A DNA stretch of 64,000 nucleotides from NCBI GenBank assembly GCA_008632985.1, contig QPGO01000001.1, positions 714,404 to 778,403 of the forward strand, written 5' to 3'. Below the pieces are notes generated by a model. The model was given only the letters and a program-made list of their open reading frames with translations. It was not told the DNA's origin and searched no databases. Source of the stretch: Psammoneis japonica. Taxonomy: Eukaryota. The stretch's first letter is position 1. Each line of letters starts with the position of its first letter. The position numbers were made by a program, and so were the translations under genes. Of this stretch, positions 37,232 to 50,479 are shown piece by piece.

Positions 37232-38560
37232 TCACTGGTGTTCAACAACAGCAAACAACAGTGCAGAAACAGCGGTCATCATTGCCACAGCCTTGCAACA
37301 GCATGCAGCTGCACTGGTTGGCTCTGCCGTTGGCATGTTTGTCAACTCTGGCATTCCATCTTGATTTGATGGGGCTGGAGATGGCATGCTTGTGTCCACC
37401 ATGGTCAAAGAAGCATCGCTGCTTGTGCCATCACATCCACCAGTCAGCAGCAAATCTCCATCAGACAAAAAAGGTGGGTTCACCTGTTGGATCTGACATT
37501 CGATGATGGATTGGTTTGAAGATGGACAATGTCTCCTGCTGGAAGAAAAGTGGGAGGATTGCCAGCATTGTCTGTCAAAATGTTGTTGGACATCAAATTG
37601 TTGTTTGCAGATGCTTCTCCAGTGATTGGTGGTTCTTCATCACAGTCTGGAAGAGGGGACAGAGAGACACCAGTGCAGTGACCAGCAACCACAATGCCAG
37701 CAGCACTGTTGTTTCAAACTTCATTGTTGTGAATGACATGGTCACTGACTCCAACCAAAAAGACTCCAAAGCCTGGAATGAGGCCTGCTTGAAAGGTTCC
37801 AGCTGGTGCCAAATTGACCATGTCATTGTTGCAGACAGCATTGCCCTCAACACAACATTCTTTCATGTCACCCTGGGGTGGATTTCCAGCCACATTTGCA
37901 TGATGCAATCCTGCTCCAACAGTGTTGTCATGGATGCTGTTGTTTTGACAACACACTTGATGAGAAATGGTTGTCTCTAAGACCGTTGGTGCCAGTGTGA
38001 GCTCATTGTTGACAACTGTCACATTTTCCGAACCAGCCACCTGCAAAGCTGAGTCAAGTGATCCACTGGAAAAGCTCAGTTCTGCTGTTCCATTTTTCAA
38101 AAATGTTGGATGCAGTCCATTGTTGAGATTGTCAATGGACGCACATGAAGAAATTATGAAACCATCCACCCATCTTGTTTGAGTGCCATTGCAAGGAAAG
38201 TTTTCTGCAGAAATGTTGACAACAGTGAAAGTCACCAAGTCTGCGGCAATGCACATTCACTGCAGGCATGGCCACAGCCCAGTGGAGTCATGCAGAGTCC
38301 AGTTTCTTGCTGTCCAATTGCAAGCAGACAAACACTGCCTTGTCCAATCAAGGTGAGATCATCCGCAGTGACAAAAAGACCACAAAGAGTGTTTGTTGAT
38401 TCTGGGCATGTTCCTTCCTTGACAAGAATTGTGTCACTAGAAGAGGCAGCATCCACAGCTGCCTGGATGGACTGACCATGAGATGCTCAAACTTCTTCTG
38501 CCATTGCAACAGAAAAAAGCCCAAAACCATGGCCCAAAATGCTGTCACTCTCATTGCTGT
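37232..38560 (-). pseudogene. Right-handed parallel beta-helix (pectin lyase-like) secreted protein, hypermutated
   Basis: GQSIQAAVDAASSSDTILVKEGTCPE (typically ...GTY.E), SENVTVVNNEL, NNSIHDNTVG, VEGNAVCNND; P/S/T stalk and hydrophobic C-terminus. Several frameshifts and TGA stops; no Tyr left. Confidence 0.75.
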
Positions 38561-39449
38561 GAACCAATCCACCAACAGCTGTGCCAAAAATGGAGTGGTT
38601 GTGCTTGACCAACTTTTTGTGGTTTGACCATGCTTCTGTGCTGTTGTGCATCAATTGCCAAATGCATCAAGAGACAAAACTGTGGTTGCACTTTTCAGTC
38701 ATGCAAACAGAGAAGGCAAACCAACGGCCTCCAATTCCCATTGGATCCGATGGCAACATTTTGCTCCAAGCTGACCCACTGTCACAGCAACAAGGCTGTG
38801 AAAGGCATTTCATTGCAAGACCAGAAGAGCAGAAGGTTGCTTCCTGGTGTTTTGCAAGTGCACTTTGACTTTGATGCCTGGGGTGATGAAAACATGGGTG
38901 AGGGACAGATTTCTCAGCCATGTCATCTTTGGATTGTCACAGCTTCCATTCTGCCAAACTTTGATGCTGCCCTTCAACCCCCCAACACCAACAAGCCTGC
39001 CCAAGCCTGTGACACTGAAAATGAGCTGGGAAGACAACCAAGTTCCCACTGCAAGAAACGCTTCCCAGCCAAAAGGACATTTAAACCTTGAGGTTGTTGT
39101 CACAGCTTCCTGAGTGTGCACCCCACATTTGAAAATGAGCACCAATGGCCCAACACTGCTCTTGATGGTGAGTGCACTTTTGACAATGCTGTCTCACACA
39201 GCCACTTTGTCAAAAACAACTGCCCTCAACTCTGTGGTGCCCAAATTGTGCTTGATGACAATCTGGGCACTCTTCTTCAAAGGACCAAAACAAAACCCAA
39301 AGTCCAATTTTAAGTGCTGCCATGCTTCCACCCTGCAACTCCGGCAACAAGCTAACCCACACTCCCAGTGCACTGGGTGCAGCAGGAGCATGTGTCAATT
39401 AGCCAAGATCGGCATCACCCTCAGGTGATGCTGCGCTGAAGTGACTTGC

Positions 39450-42400
39450 AATGTTTTGCTTGCCTCGAACTGCCAGACGTCGGGCTTTGCGGATGCTCGA
39501 CCCAAACATTGGCTTGACCATTGCCAACCAGTTCCGCATTCAGTGAGCAGAATGAGTGAGATGTTCCTTGACAGAATCCAACAATTGAGCTCGGTCATGA
39601 GCTGGGTGCTCATCCACCCTGGAGCAGATTTCTTTGACCTCCGCCTCTGCGTCTCTACACTGCAATGACTGTCCAGATTCGGAATCATGTCCATGCACTG
39701 CATCATTGTGATTGTCCCAGAGTTCCCACCATTGAGACCACACACAACTGCCAATTGTAGCCACCCAGTCCATTTGGCGGTCTTTGTCAGACAAGGATTG
39801 GCACAAGCCCAAGGAGAGCAAAAGAGATGTTTGGGCCTCGTTCCACAAAACAGAAAACTGTCCATTGAACATTTGTTGCCATCCAATCTCAAGCTGAGAT
39901 CTGAACACCTCCGTGACACTGTGATGGACTTTGTCAGAGCAAAGAATGTCTGCACAAAACCAACCCTCTAAAGTGCATGACAAGAGATCCCGAATTGATG
40001 GAGAGGTGTGAATGTCATCACACTTCTTCCGCAGGCCTTGAAGGAAAGTGCGCCGCCATGGTTCATTGTGCTCGCATTGCAAGATGTGGTCTCTGTCTTC
40101 AAGGGGATGTTGGCAGTGCATGCAACAGTCCGGGCATGTGGGATTGCATCTGTGGACAATTTCATTCGTTGGAAGCAAGTCTTGGACAAGTTTCACAGTG
40201 CCAACCTTGCGTCGGATGTTGCGGGCCATCAATTTGGAGTGAACTGCCCAGTTGATTGAGTTGTGCACCATGTCGGACCACTTGACTTGTTTTTCATGTG
40301 TGTGATGAGGGTGGGACTGGAAGCTTCATGTCGAAGAACAGACTTGAACTTGGAGGTCACTGACGACCCTTGAACTGTTAACACAGCAGAACAGTGAGGC
40401 ATGCGGGGGGCGAGCAAGGTGTCTCCAGCACATTTGCCCTGGAATGAGCCAGCCAACTTGTCGGCGCAGACATTCAACTTTGCTTGGAAGGTGAGGGACT
40501 CAAAAGGGCTGTTGTCATCTTGGCAACCTTCAATCCAATGCATGTCAACAAAGGTGCTTGTGGAGCATTCTGAAACCTGAGCATCCAAGCTCTGCAAGGA
40601 CTCAAAAATTTCATGCATGATGTCCCAATCCAGTGCCAATGCATTGGCAACATGGTGTCGACGGTGACAATCGCATTGTCTGTTGATGGTGTCTGCGTCA
40701 TCAGGAGGAGGTGGCACAGACTTGAAATTTGCAATGTTGCGGACCAGAGAAGAATTGTCACAAAACACTTCCGTGCCTTGGGCCAAGTTGCCATTGCAAA
40801 ATTCTGCCAGGCGAAGTAGAAACTGCAAGACAGACAAAAATCCACAGGCTTCAGCACGACATGACAAAGGGCAAAAACCAAATGCTGGACCTGCACACTT
40901 GACCAGTGTCACTTCATTGATCACCAACACCCATCTGAAGGTGCCCTGAAAATGCAACACCAAACCATCACTTCCCATTGTTGCCCAAAAGATCTCCAGG
41001 GATGCCGCCATTTCAAATGTCGAAGCATGCATGGCAAGCTCATGGAATGAAGCAGCCTCCCATTTTGGCAAAGACTGCAACCAGGCTCAAAAGTCACTGT
41101 GGATGGGAATGGTTGGTGGGACCTCAACCAAAGAAAACATCAACTGAAGCATCCATCGGCCGTCCCCAGTCACATCAACCAATGCAGGAGATGCCAGTGG
41201 AGAAATGTCCGGGACAGTTTCCAGCTGGTGCAAGGACACAGCACGATCATCCTGGACAGGAAAAACCTGAGATCCGGCATCCGATCGAACACAAAAAAAC
41301 TCTTCTGCAGGCTCATGGTGGGTGTTGTGGCACGTGTGCATCTCGGATGTGGGAACTGTCCACTGACCCAAAGGGTGGTGCAAGGTCAAAGCATTTTTGG
41401 TGCAAAGCAGGGCCACAGCACAACGCCACTGTTTCCAGGCATGGGCGGACGGGCAAGCTTGTTCCATGGGATTCAATGATGATGTGGAGCTCATCAGAGA
41501 TCGTTGTCCGTTCAACATAAATTCATGCAAGTGAATGCCATCGGGAAGGGTGACGTCCAAAACAGTGAGCACATGAAGGAACAGCCGGCAGCAATTCACC
41601 CACCGGATTTCTTTGTCACAAGAAAGCATTCGACTCCAACACCACGTCCACAGTGCATTGGTCATTGTCACATTGCACAGGTGGGACACCAGTGAAATCA
41701 AGCTCAAAGGATGAATTCACCCTGGCAAGGAAAGCTTGCATTGACACAAGCCATTTTGACTCTGAGTGTGGGAGTTTGGTGTGAGCATCCAACAAAAAGC
41801 ATGTGCCCGCACCGATCTGACATTGCACCCATGACACCGCAATCTGGGAAAGTGTGTGGGGTTGACCAGAACCTCGCCAATGGTGCAGAAACTGCAAACA
41901 TTGTGCTGCTCCTTGTTCAACGTCCAGCAACCAAAATCCTCCACCTCCTGAGGTGCGTGGTCCGCAGAGCACGTCTCGTTTCACATTCCGGTTGTAACCA
42001 CACTTGGCAAAGATGGTCCGCATTGCTTTTTGTTGCATCTGCAGCAACTCTTTGGGGAGAAAATGGGTGTTTGGAAGAATGTGCATCATCGAGAAAAGAT
42101 GGCATGCAAAACAGTGTGTCCATGGCTCGTGTCGATCTAACGGGCATGACCAAAGAAACAAGGAAATGTTGTCGCTCTTCATTTTAAGTGCTTTGCATTG
42201 AGTCCGCTGGGTTCCTGCAGGTGATTTGAAATGGCCCAAGGTCTCATGGGGAGAATGTGCAGAAAGTTGGGCACTGGACCAAGTGGCAGATCCATCAGCG
42301 GAATGCATTTCGATGTCGATGTCCTCGTTGTAGGCATGAAGGTGAGGCTCACCGTCTTCGGTGAACAGCCATTCAACAGCATGAAATGAACCCTCGGGAA

Positions 42401-42850
42401 GCTCCAGCTCGTGTCCTGCTGAGTTCAATGGATCACACCACAACTGGTCATCCTCCTGCATCCAAAGCACTGGTTCCATTGCGTCCGGTTGGGGATCGGC
42501 ACAGAAATCGTTGACTTGATTTGACGTGTCATCAATGTGCCCTCTTGTGAACATCCGCAGAGACACCGTACGATCAGGAGATTCAAAGCAAGCACCGTGA
42601 GCCTTGCTGTTGAACAGCCAAAACAAGCTGTTGCAAATCTGGCTCCAATCTTCTTCAAAAGACCAATGTGCTCATCATTGTTCAAAGGCTTTTCAATGTG
42701 CCCATGGCCCCTGTTCTTGTGCAATGATGAAGCAGATGTGCTGAAGCAGCGCTGCAAACACAGACATGCTGGATGGCATTGGCGCCTCTTGTTTGAAGTG
42801 GACAAAGTTGGGTGGATGAGTTGAAGTGGCTTCAAAGTGCAGCATGGCAG
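39450..42850 (-). mobile_element. 5'-truncated non-LTR retrotransposon with RT, RNase H and C-terminal zinc knuckle (Ambal-like)
   Basis: RT: GHIDD, W..PLNSAGHELELPEGSF, ETLGHFKSPAG. RNase H: SDG...GTFRW...GPAFG..PLSCRAEACG...FCDN...DWD...HWIEGCQD...KLNVCADKLA. Knuckle: CMHCQHPLEDRDHILQC. Confidence 0.85.
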
Positions 42851-44579
42851 CATTCCTGCATTGGCTCAAATGGCTCCTGTTAAATTTCTGTCATGATTGT
42901 AGAGAGCAAGCCATGTTTTGTTCCAGGCAATGAAGATGAGGGGAGGTCATTGCCAACCTTGCATTTCCAGACCTTTGCCAGTGCAGTGACAGTCAGGTGA
43001 CAAAACTTGTTGCTGAAATCTTTCATGACCTTGCACCTGGCAGTTGTCTGAAAAACCTTGCCAAGGCTCACTTGGCTAAACTGGGATGACATGGCTCCAT
43101 CTCACAGACCTCATGATGGCTCACCTTTCAAAACCCAGATCATGGGTGTTTGTCCTTGGTCAGGGTGCACCACACCCAGGTGCATTGCTGAACTCATGGG
43201 CTTTCTTCATTTTCTTGTTTGTAAAGAGACTTGGAGCTGCCAAGGCCCTTGTTGGTGCAACAAACTTGGCAAAAACATTGGGGCACCCCACCTTGTTGTG
43301 AAAGCCATGGAGCCCAAGTTTCCATGTGTGGGTGCTGCTGGGGATGCAAAAAATCTCTCAGATCAGGCTGGCTTTCTGAACAATGTGTTGCACCCAAACA
43401 GCCAACCCACCAAGAGCTCAAAGACCACAGTGCAGTGGTGGCAAAACTTTAACTGCCACCAGAAGGGCCAATGTTTCTGCTGATGCCTGCTTTCCTGACA
43501 TCAACCCAGAAGCTGCTCTTGATGGGTGGTTTGCCACAATGATGAGAGACTGCTGCAAATGCAACTGAGACATTGTCCAAGTTTCTCAAGACAGAGGGAA
43601 AGCCCAAGTGACAGCAACAGCTGGCTGACAGCAGAGAAGCTTGTTGGAGCTCAAGCAAGTGTGGCAGAAGCAGCATCAGCCACACCCACAACAACAAAAA
43701 CTCAAGGTGTGACTCAAAGCAAGCTCCAGCTTTTGAAAATGCCGCTGGGGGGCAGAGCATCACCAAGATGTGCATTCCAGAGAAACCAGTGGCCCAGAAA
43801 ACAGCGACAAGAGGCCAAGGCCAGAAGCACCTGTACTTGTGCCCCTGCTTTGCCAGCCCCAGCTGCAACAAGTGCACAAAGTTGCCTCTTCCCAGCCCCC
43901 CCCTGCATGCTGGTGTGCAGCTCACCAGCAAAGGCTGTGGCTGAGAAAAAGGACAACAAGACTGTGTGTGGCAGTGTCAAATGCAGAGAAAGATTTGCAA
44001 AAAGATGGCTCTGCAACAACTCAGGGACATTCTGCAAGGAGAAAATGAGGAACTTTCCTGCCCAAAACTTTTCATTTGTGCTTGTTCACACATGGGGTGA
44101 TTTGATGCATTGAGAGTGAAAGACAAAAATGGTTTGTGACTTGTGCAAAACAGCTTTGGGTCTTTGGCATTTTTTGTTGTCTTTCTTTCTTAACATGTGC
44201 ATCATTGCCAAAAACACTGCAAATGATCAAGTGTTGGTTGTTGCCATTGTTGTCATTTGGAAATGTCAACCATTGTTTCCTGAGTGGCACTCTTTTGCAC
44301 AAGCTCCCACTGGCAACCTCCTGCGTGTGTTTCTACACAAGTTCTCGCACTGATGTCGCCCTTCTCAGGCGGTGTTGATTTGGCTCCAACAAGCCCATTC
44401 TGCCCACGTTCACCAATGGCACATCCTTGTTGCAGCATGATGAGCAAAGTTCATCAGTGGAAAATGACGAGTGTCCTGGCCTTTTGGTTTGTAAGCTGGT
44501 TGCCATTTCTCATCATTTTTGGTTGTCTCAGAAAATTTTCTACACAGGTTCTGGTGCAAATTCTGCATGGATCTGCAGA

Positions 44580-45062
44580 TGCTGCTGACGATCTACATGT
44601 CACTTCCCCGGCCTGCTTTTGTCCTTGCGAATCGGTTCTCAACCCTGCTTCTTTTCCTTGCCGTGCAATCAAGTCCTTCACTCTTTGTGGTGCTGGTGCT
44701 GCTTCTGTTGCGGCCCTTTTCAGCAAGAATGTTGGTTGTCCTTCGGAGTCATTTGATTGTCATTGATTTGCCACTCCCATCGGTCTTTCTGCGCAAGATC
44801 TGGCATTGTTTCTGCGTGTCACCTCTGACTGTCTACGTGTCACTTCTCCAGACTACCTTCATCCCTGCCAATCAGTCTTCAACATCTCTTCTTTTCTCTG
44901 CCGTGCAATCAAGTGCTGCACTCTTTGTGGTGAATGTGCTGCTTCTTTTGCGGCCCTTTTCAGCAAGAACACAAGTTGTCCTGTTGTGCCATTTGATGGT
45001 CTTCGGTTTGCTGCTCTCAGCAGCTTTTCCATGCAAGACTCAGAGTTGTTTCTACATGTCAA
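44580..45062. repeat. Diverged tandem duplication, 240-bp period
   Basis: ccgtgcaatcaagt...ctctttgtggtg...gtgctgcttct..tgcggcccttttcagcaagaa occurs at 44661 and 44901. Confidence 0.85.
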
Positions 45063-47430
45063 GGAACACTTTCTCCGATGACCTGCTTGTCTTGCCTTCA
45101 AGGCTCCCTTTGTGAACCATTTTAAAAACCTGTCTGAATGCAATTGTCCATTGCAGTTGTGGTGTGCCTTCTGTGGCTGTCATCAACAAACGTGCAACAA
45201 ATTCCTCGTGTGAATCATTCCTTTTGAGTTGTCTTGGTGGGGTGTCATCTTCTGGTGATGCCCATTCCGGCTGATCCCGCGCAAGCTCCTGCCGCACTTG
45301 ACTGTGTGCTGGGAGTGTGGGCCAGCCGGTGCTGGCCTGGCTGGCAAAGGAGTGACAGCACTTAAAAAAAAAACAGATCTGTTTTTTTTCTGTTTCCTGA
45401 GTGGCAATGAATGGCAACACTTTGCATTTGATTTCAAGCACTCTTTTGCTCAAATCATTTCATCATGTTTCAAACATGGTTGAACGTGATGTGATCCTTC
45501 AAATTTTGATTTCTTGTTGAAAACTGTCCAGTTGATGCCAGATCCAAAGGTGCAATCAGGGAAAAAAGTTTTGCATGAACCAGCATGAACCAGGGAATGC
45601 AGAAATGTAAATGGTGAGATTTTAAGATGCTGTTGTTTTGCATTAGAGTCACCTTCAGTTGGCAGACATTGTGCATCACTCATCTGACCATCACAAGTTC
45701 TTTTTGTGGGGGGGTTGGATTTGTCCTTGCAAGAATGCAGCAGCTTCTTCATTGCTGTGTGGAAAGTCTTGAGCTCTTCATGACCCATCTTGTTGATGGC
45801 AATCACCTCAAGCCTTCTTGGACCACCAACATGGTGTGGCATGTTGATCTTTTCTTCTTTGCAGTTGCCCATCTGATTTGCATTCTTTGATGTCTTCAAT
45901 GCACTTGGGGTGATCCAAACAAGAGAAAGTTGGTGATTTTTTGGACAGACAACAGCCAGGCAGTTGCCCAGCGGGTGCAGCATGTGCTTGTGCTCAAAGA
46001 TCAAAACTCCACCATCAGCATGTGTGAAGCTTTGGCCAGGTGAGCCAAAGCTGGCACATTGAACAACAACATCATTGCACAAGTGACCATGGCTTGAAGC
46101 ACAGATGGCTCATCCACTTTTGTGCATCTCTTGTCTTTTGTCTTGCAGAGCTTTGGGTTGTGTCTTTGTTTCTGTTGGGAGTCACAACAGGTTCAAGAAC
46201 AGGGGTGCCACCATCAACAGCTCTCTTGCATCTTTGCTCTGCTGGGATTGATTGTGAGTTGAGGGATTGACAAGTGCAGCAGCATTGAGCATGTGAACAA
46301 AACACCATTTTGCTGATGACTTTCACATGGGAACTCTCAGAGTGCCATTGCTGCTGTTGCTGGCTTTCTTGCTGCACTGTCATTCTGCCAGGATTGCTGA
46401 GTTGAGAGATCATCAAGCAGCATTGTGTGTGCCCCTTGGAAGGTGCTGAAAGTGCAAAGGTGTCCATGGAAATGTGGGGCATTGTTTCTTCCATTGCTGG
46501 CTCTCCTGCAGCATGCAACATCATTCTGCCTGGATTGGTGAGTTGAGGGGCTGGCAAGCATCAGTGTGGTGCATGTGCTTTGGCAGGTGTTCTTGAGAGC
46601 ATGAAAGAAAAATCTTTTCCCCAAGTGCAAAGTGCAACAGTGTCACTTGGGAATGTGGAGCATCATTGATTCCATTGCTGGCTCTGTTGCATCATCATTC
46701 CACCAGCATTGGCAAGTTGAGGGGTTGGCAAGCAGCACTGTGCACATGCTTTGTCAGGCATTGAGATGCTGCCACCCAAGACAACACCAATGTTGTTCAG
46801 GCAGCACCATCAAAGTGCATCGGACAGGTGCCGTGATGGGTGTGTTGGGCACACTTTCTGATTGAGCCACACTTGACCTCCACTGCACATGTTGCACAGT
46901 TTGTCATTCCCCTCCCAGACACACCTCTGCCAAGGCTGCTGCCGGGAATTCAGTGGACAACTTGGAAGCAATGCAGTCCTCACCCAAAACACTGCCAATG
47001 TCATTCAAGGTGGCATCTTCAAAGCACTTGCCACACTTGAAATGAAGTTGATTTTTGATCAGGGCAGCCAGGAGCTCTGCAATGCCGGCACAGTCACGTG
47101 CCCTCTCACCAAACTGGAGTGGAAACAGGAGTGGAATTACACGATGCCACCAAATGTTGTGGGAAACACCTGGAGCACTCCAACAACCCAGTTCTCTGGG
47201 CCAAGTGCCTCACACTCAAGTTGGGAAATTTTGCGTGATTGAATGGCATCATCTTCTCGAGTCATCAGAGCTTCCGCGTGTTGTGTGCAATGTTGGATGT
47301 TTCATCGATTCGATGGCTCATGACAAGATTTGCTGAAAAACACACAATGACGTGATTCACGGTCTACAATGAAGTGTACTACAAAAATGCAGTGTGATTG
47401 ATGCAAGAGGATGAAATTCAAAATGCATTT

Positions 47431-49788
47431 CTAATTGTCATTTACAGTGAAGGCATACACGGATCCAGAATTAAAGCCATTGACGTCAGCGCCAGCCGCA
47501 CCAACTCCAACGACGCTTCCGTCAGCCGACAAGGACACGGAATTCCCAAAACGATCGTGTTCAGACTCGCCATTGAAAGGATCTCCGACTTGCTTCCAGT
47601 CGTCTGCATTGCTGTCGTACTGAAAGATTCGAACTTGACCCGCATCGTTCAATCCATTGACGTCATGAATGTCACTTCCAACCGCCAAGATGTTTCCATT
47701 TCCACTCAACGACACTGACCATCCAAAATCATCACCAGACTGTTGTGTCATGAGAGTTTGGCCACGTTGATTCCATGTCAAAGTCGAGTGGTCGTACGAA
47801 TAAACCAGAACCCTCTCGCTGTCTCCAGGTGCGCCCACGGCCACGATCAAGCCACTTTCGTCGAGAGAAACTGACCGTCCAAACCAACCATCAATGACTA
47901 GTCCATCGATTGGACTGCCCAACGGATTCCATGTCGACGATACAGAGTTGTATTCATACACTGACACTTGGCCCGCATCATTTCCACCTGAATCATTGTA
48001 AGGTGCTCCAACGCCAACAATGGTCCCCTGCGCATTCAAGGAAACGGAAATGCCAAAATAATCATCAATAGCTTGGCCAATGAGCGTTTGTCCAACCTGG
48101 TTCCAGGAGGATTCATAACGGTTGTATTGAAACAATCGAACTGATCCAGGAGAGTCATTTTCCTCTTCTTGCCAATGCCAAGCAGCTCCCACGGCAAACA
48201 TGTCTCCCGCGTTTGAGAGTGACACGGAATCACCAAATGCCTCAATAGAGTATTGTCCAAGAACATCACTTCCGAGTTGGATCCAACGATCAGATAAAGA
48301 GTTGTGTTCGAACACTCGGACGCGACCAGGGAAAAAACCATATCCGCCATCGTTGTCAAAATATGATCCAACAGCAAGAATTGTTCCGTCGCCATTCATC
48401 GAAACAGACCCGCCAAAAACGTCGTCGATGGCTTCTCGAGTCAATTCTTGGCCAATTTGTGTCCATTGTTGGGTAGTGGAATTGTATCGTTGCACAACAA
48501 AATAGCCGGCATAGTAATCATATTGATCCGCTTCGACAGCCATGACACTCCCATCGCGTGACAAGGAGACGGAGTCGCCAAAATGATCACCTTCAGCTCT
48601 GCCGTGCAAGACTTGCCCAATCAACGTGAATGGACCAGTTGAATAAGGAGTTGGCCGGCGCATTTCTGAACGGATTTCGTCTTCACTTAGCGCCACATTG
48701 TACAGGCTGACAGAATCCACGCGTCCCTTAAAATAACGGCTTCTTTCCTCCTCGTTTTCGTCAAAATGACAGCCAATGTGAAAGGGTGTCTTATTGACAC
48801 AATACGGTCCATGCTTTGGGGGGCTTTCCTCTCCCGACAATTCTCCATTTACGTAGATTCTCAATGTATTTCCGTCGTAGGTCATGGCGGTGTGCGTCCA
48901 AGTCTTGGTAGGAACAGGATTGTCGGTCTCGATTCGAAATTTGCTGTCACTATTGCAACCACCAAAATAGCCACCTGCCCGTACCTTACCGGTTTCTCGA
49001 TGAATGACGAGCCACGTCGCAAATGGTTTCTCAACAATTACCAAAAACCGGTCGTCAGTAGCAACGTAGCGTACCCATGCCATCATGGTGTAGGATTTCA
49101 TGTTGAGGCTGGTAGATTGAGGGACAACAACACATTCATTCCTTCCATTCAACCAGATTGCATTCTTGTAAACGCCGGCAGAGTCACGGGACGGTGTGCC
49201 ATGCCTTTCTCCATTCCATCCCATCTTTCCCGTATCCTTGAGAAGTCCATTAAATCCATCAAAGGTATACTCCACGAGTGGACCAATGCATGGCTTCAAG
49301 CTTGGTAGACTGACCGACATTGGAAATAGCTCGCGATTCTTCCCAACGTAAAGAGGGATGTGTTCAGGCGAACTGATCTTAAGACAGGCTTCTTGTCCTT
49401 GCTTCATGAAGAAATTGAAACCGTCCACGTCACCTTTATCCAGCTCAAACTTGAAATCCGTACCGCTCGTCGAATCCGTACCTTTTTCAAGGAGCTTGAA
49501 ATCAGTCGCCATCTTGATGATGTCGTCGTCGTCGCTGTTTGGAACCAACGTACCGCTGACCAATGCTTCTTGTCCGCCGGCAACCGCACGTAGATACCAC
49601 GCGTTGGAGGAACACTTGTTCCATACAAAGATGCCACGGTCCTTGTTCTTGTTGAACGGCGGAGCACCACATGCGGCTGATGGTTTTTCGTCGGCAGCAG
49701 CTTGATGGGATCCAATCAAAAGCAATGGCGTAGTAGCGACGAGGAGTAAGAGACGAAGATGAGAGCGAATGTAAACCGGGGTTTTCAT
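47431..49788 (-). CDS. Secreted protein: signal peptide + N-terminal beta domain + LamG-like jellyroll + FG-GAP-like beta-propeller (copy 3, intact)
   Basis: MKTPVYIRSHLRLLLLVATTPLLLIGSHQAAA; LamG motifs SYTMMAWVR, WTHTAMTYDGNTLRIYVNG and YFKGRVDSVSLYNVALS; repeated FG.SVSL..DG..LAVG; stop TAG; uninterrupted. Confidence 0.93.
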   Translation of the reverse strand: MKTPVYIRSHLRLLLLVATTPLLLIGSHQAAADEKPSAACGAPPFNKNKDRGIFVWNKCSSNAWYLRAVAGGQEALVSGTLVPNSDDDDIIKMATDFKLLEKGTDSTSGTDFKFELDKGDVDGFNFFMKQGQEACLKISSPEHIPLYVGKNRELFPMSVSLPSLKPCIGPLVEYTFDGFNGLLKDTGKMGWNGERHGTPSRDSAGVYKNAIWLNGRNECVVVPQSTSLNMKSYTMMAWVRYVATDDRFLVIVEKPFATWLVIHRETGKVRAGGYFGGCNSDSKFRIETDNPVPTKTWTHTAMTYDGNTLRIYVNGELSGEESPPKHGPYCVNKTPFHIGCHFDENEEERSRYFKGRVDSVSLYNVALSEDEIRSEMRRPTPYSTGPFTLIGQVLHGRAEGDHFGDSVSLSRDGSVMAVEADQYDYYAGYFVVQRYNSTTQQWTQIGQELTREAIDDVFGGSVSMNGDGTILAVGSYFDNDGGYGFFPGRVRVFEHNSLSDRWIQLGSDVLGQYSIEAFGDSVSLSNAGDMFAVGAAWHWQEEENDSPGSVRLFQYNRYESSWNQVGQTLIGQAIDDYFGISVSLNAQGTIVGVGAPYNDSGGNDAGQVSVYEYNSVSSTWNPLGSPIDGLVIDGWFGRSVSLDESGLIVAVGAPGDSERVLVYSYDHSTLTWNQRGQTLMTQQSGDDFGWSVSLSGNGNILAVGSDIHDVNGLNDAGQVRIFQYDSNADDWKQVGDPFNGESEHDRFGNSVSLSADGSVVGVGAAGADVNGFNSGSVYAFTVNDN

Positions 49789-49939
49789 CTTTGTTCTTTG
49801 AGCTTGGTGGCGGAATAAGGAGAGAAACAATCTCGTTCTTGATAATAATGCGTGGGTACGATCGAAATAGGGTTGGCCAAGTGAAGAAACAAGAAGCGCC
49901 TGAAATCTTGATGTATACAGGGAATACAAAGACTGGTTG

Positions 49940-50410
49940 TTATTGCTGTGTTGTTGTTGTTGTTGTTGTTTTGCGAAAGTGGAAAAATTATGACAAGGAT
50001 GAGAAGTCGATTCAGGTGTTTTCGTGATGCTCAGTCATGCCGTGACACCTCGTATGTAGATCATTTATCACAGCTCTCGTAGGAAAAAAATGGCGGGAAG
50101 TAGGGTTCTCATCGCCCAAGTGACACCCATCGTGTTTGCCATACGGTCGATCTGTCGTAGAATCTACACAGAGTCTGGTATGTTTCTCATCGTGAATGAA
50201 GAAGAGGTGCTGTGACACACGAGTGCGATGAGAATGGCACTGACGGGTAGGTTCGGATAGCCTCTTGTCGTTCAAAGGCGTCATGGCATCAGCAATGAAG
50301 TGAGTCCATTGCTCTGCCTCTTGTTGGAGGTTGCGTTCTCGCTGTGGAGTGAGAGTTGTTGTGATTGTCATGGTGTTGATGCGCTGCAAACATGTTGTGG
50401 TGTTGGGCGG
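49940..50410 (-). promoter_or_regulatory. Conserved upstream/promoter block of the propeller family (copy C)
   Basis: Reverse complement aligns with ~12300-12760 and ~25040-25345 and lies directly upstream of the intact copy 3. Promoter function is inferred from position only. Confidence 0.6.
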
Positions 50411-50479
50411 GCGCACTTGCTGGCTCTATCTTATCTGGCTGGCTGCGCTCATCGGTTCGGTCTGTCCATCACCTGCGAT

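Noticed and set aside
47398..47718. Antisense ORFs over propeller genes (also 63020-63337, 53515-53958, 16423-16821)
   Set aside because: Shadows of the conserved sense frame.
49789..49929. Longer N-terminus for copy 3 from the ORF track (likewise 6483-6566 for the ankyrin gene)
   Set aside because: Non-ATG starts; a signal peptide follows ATG 49788 directly.
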